A stretch of DNA of 64,000 bases, from positions 64,378 to 128,377 of the forward strand of contig DATIAY010000159.1 of assembly GCA_035457825.1 (NCBI GenBank), given 5' to 3'. Positions 63,863-64,000 of the stretch are shown here, piece after piece. The notes beneath the pieces were generated by a model. It was not told the origin of the DNA and did not search any database. It worked only from the letters and a program-made list of their open reading frames with translations. A program made the translations under genes and the position numbers. Every line of letters starts with the position of its first letter. The first letter of the stretch is position 1. This stretch comes from Candidatus Methylomirabilota bacterium (GTDB taxonomy: Bacteria > Methylomirabilota > Methylomirabilia > Rokubacteriales > CSP1-6).

Positions 63863-64000
63863 TCGCATATGCTATCGGCTCACCGAAGAGGTGTGAGCAC
63901 CATCCGTTCTATCGAGTACCTTGCGCTCGGCCGAGTGACTGCAGCACACAGCAGTAACAGGTTCGAGCTAGAGGACCAGGTTCATCGCTTTTTTTGGCGA

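Noticed and set aside
63985-64000. Calling the last bases of the window the 5' end of 16S rRNA.
   Set aside because: Only a T-run and ggcga are present. None of the conserved 16S 5' sequence lies inside the window, so an rRNA feature cannot be supported.

Overview
This is a GC-rich bacterial chromosomal window, densely packed with core housekeeping genes, mostly on the + strand. I cannot assign a taxon from sequence alone. LapB-like, LemA/DUF2207, lipoprotein and beta-barrel genes suggest a diderm envelope.

Gene order:
- Tail of an NDH-1 operon (nuoJ 3' end, then K-L-M-N).
- TetR and ECF sigma pair.
- rplU-rpmA-obg-proB-proA-nadD-rsfS.
- dksA-like, lapB-like and comF-like genes.
- gap-pgk-tpiA-secG.
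- A peptide-type ABC importer with no ATPase genes.
- tRNA-Leu(GAG).
- LemA/DUF2207 pair on the - strand.
- lipA fused to a second NDH-1 locus (nuoA to nuoK only), running straight into pdhA-pdhB-E2-lpdA.
- ytxG/ytxH-like pair on the - strand.
- Acyl-CoA carboxyltransferase and the methylmalonyl-CoA mutase catalytic subunit.
- A less conserved envelope region: two secreted proteins, a polyprenyl synthase, a DUF62 protein, an FmdB zinc ribbon, a TPR lipoprotein, two tandem paralogous beta-barrel proteins, and an FG-GAP protein.
- hisS-aspS-phoH-ybeY-era-recO-glyQS.
- PBP1A on the - strand, then tyrS.
- A strong rRNA-type promoter and leader at the window edge.

I found no CRISPR array, transposase, integrase, prophage or recognisable defence system.

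Items worth a second look:
- The second nuo locus lacks nuoL/M/N.
- Three families of dispersed GC-rich hairpin repeats sit at gene ends and inside the nuo operon. One of them encodes the C-terminus of a short NuoG.
- Short ORFs exactly bridge the two abnormal intra-operon gaps.
- A roughly 70-aa module is shared by three secreted proteins.
- The tandem porin paralogs carry different promoter types, one a near-perfect sigma54 -24/-12 element.
- Several promoters abut start codons, which implies leaderless mRNAs.

Many long ORFs in the track are antisense or out-of-frame shadows typical of high-GC DNA, and I rejected them.
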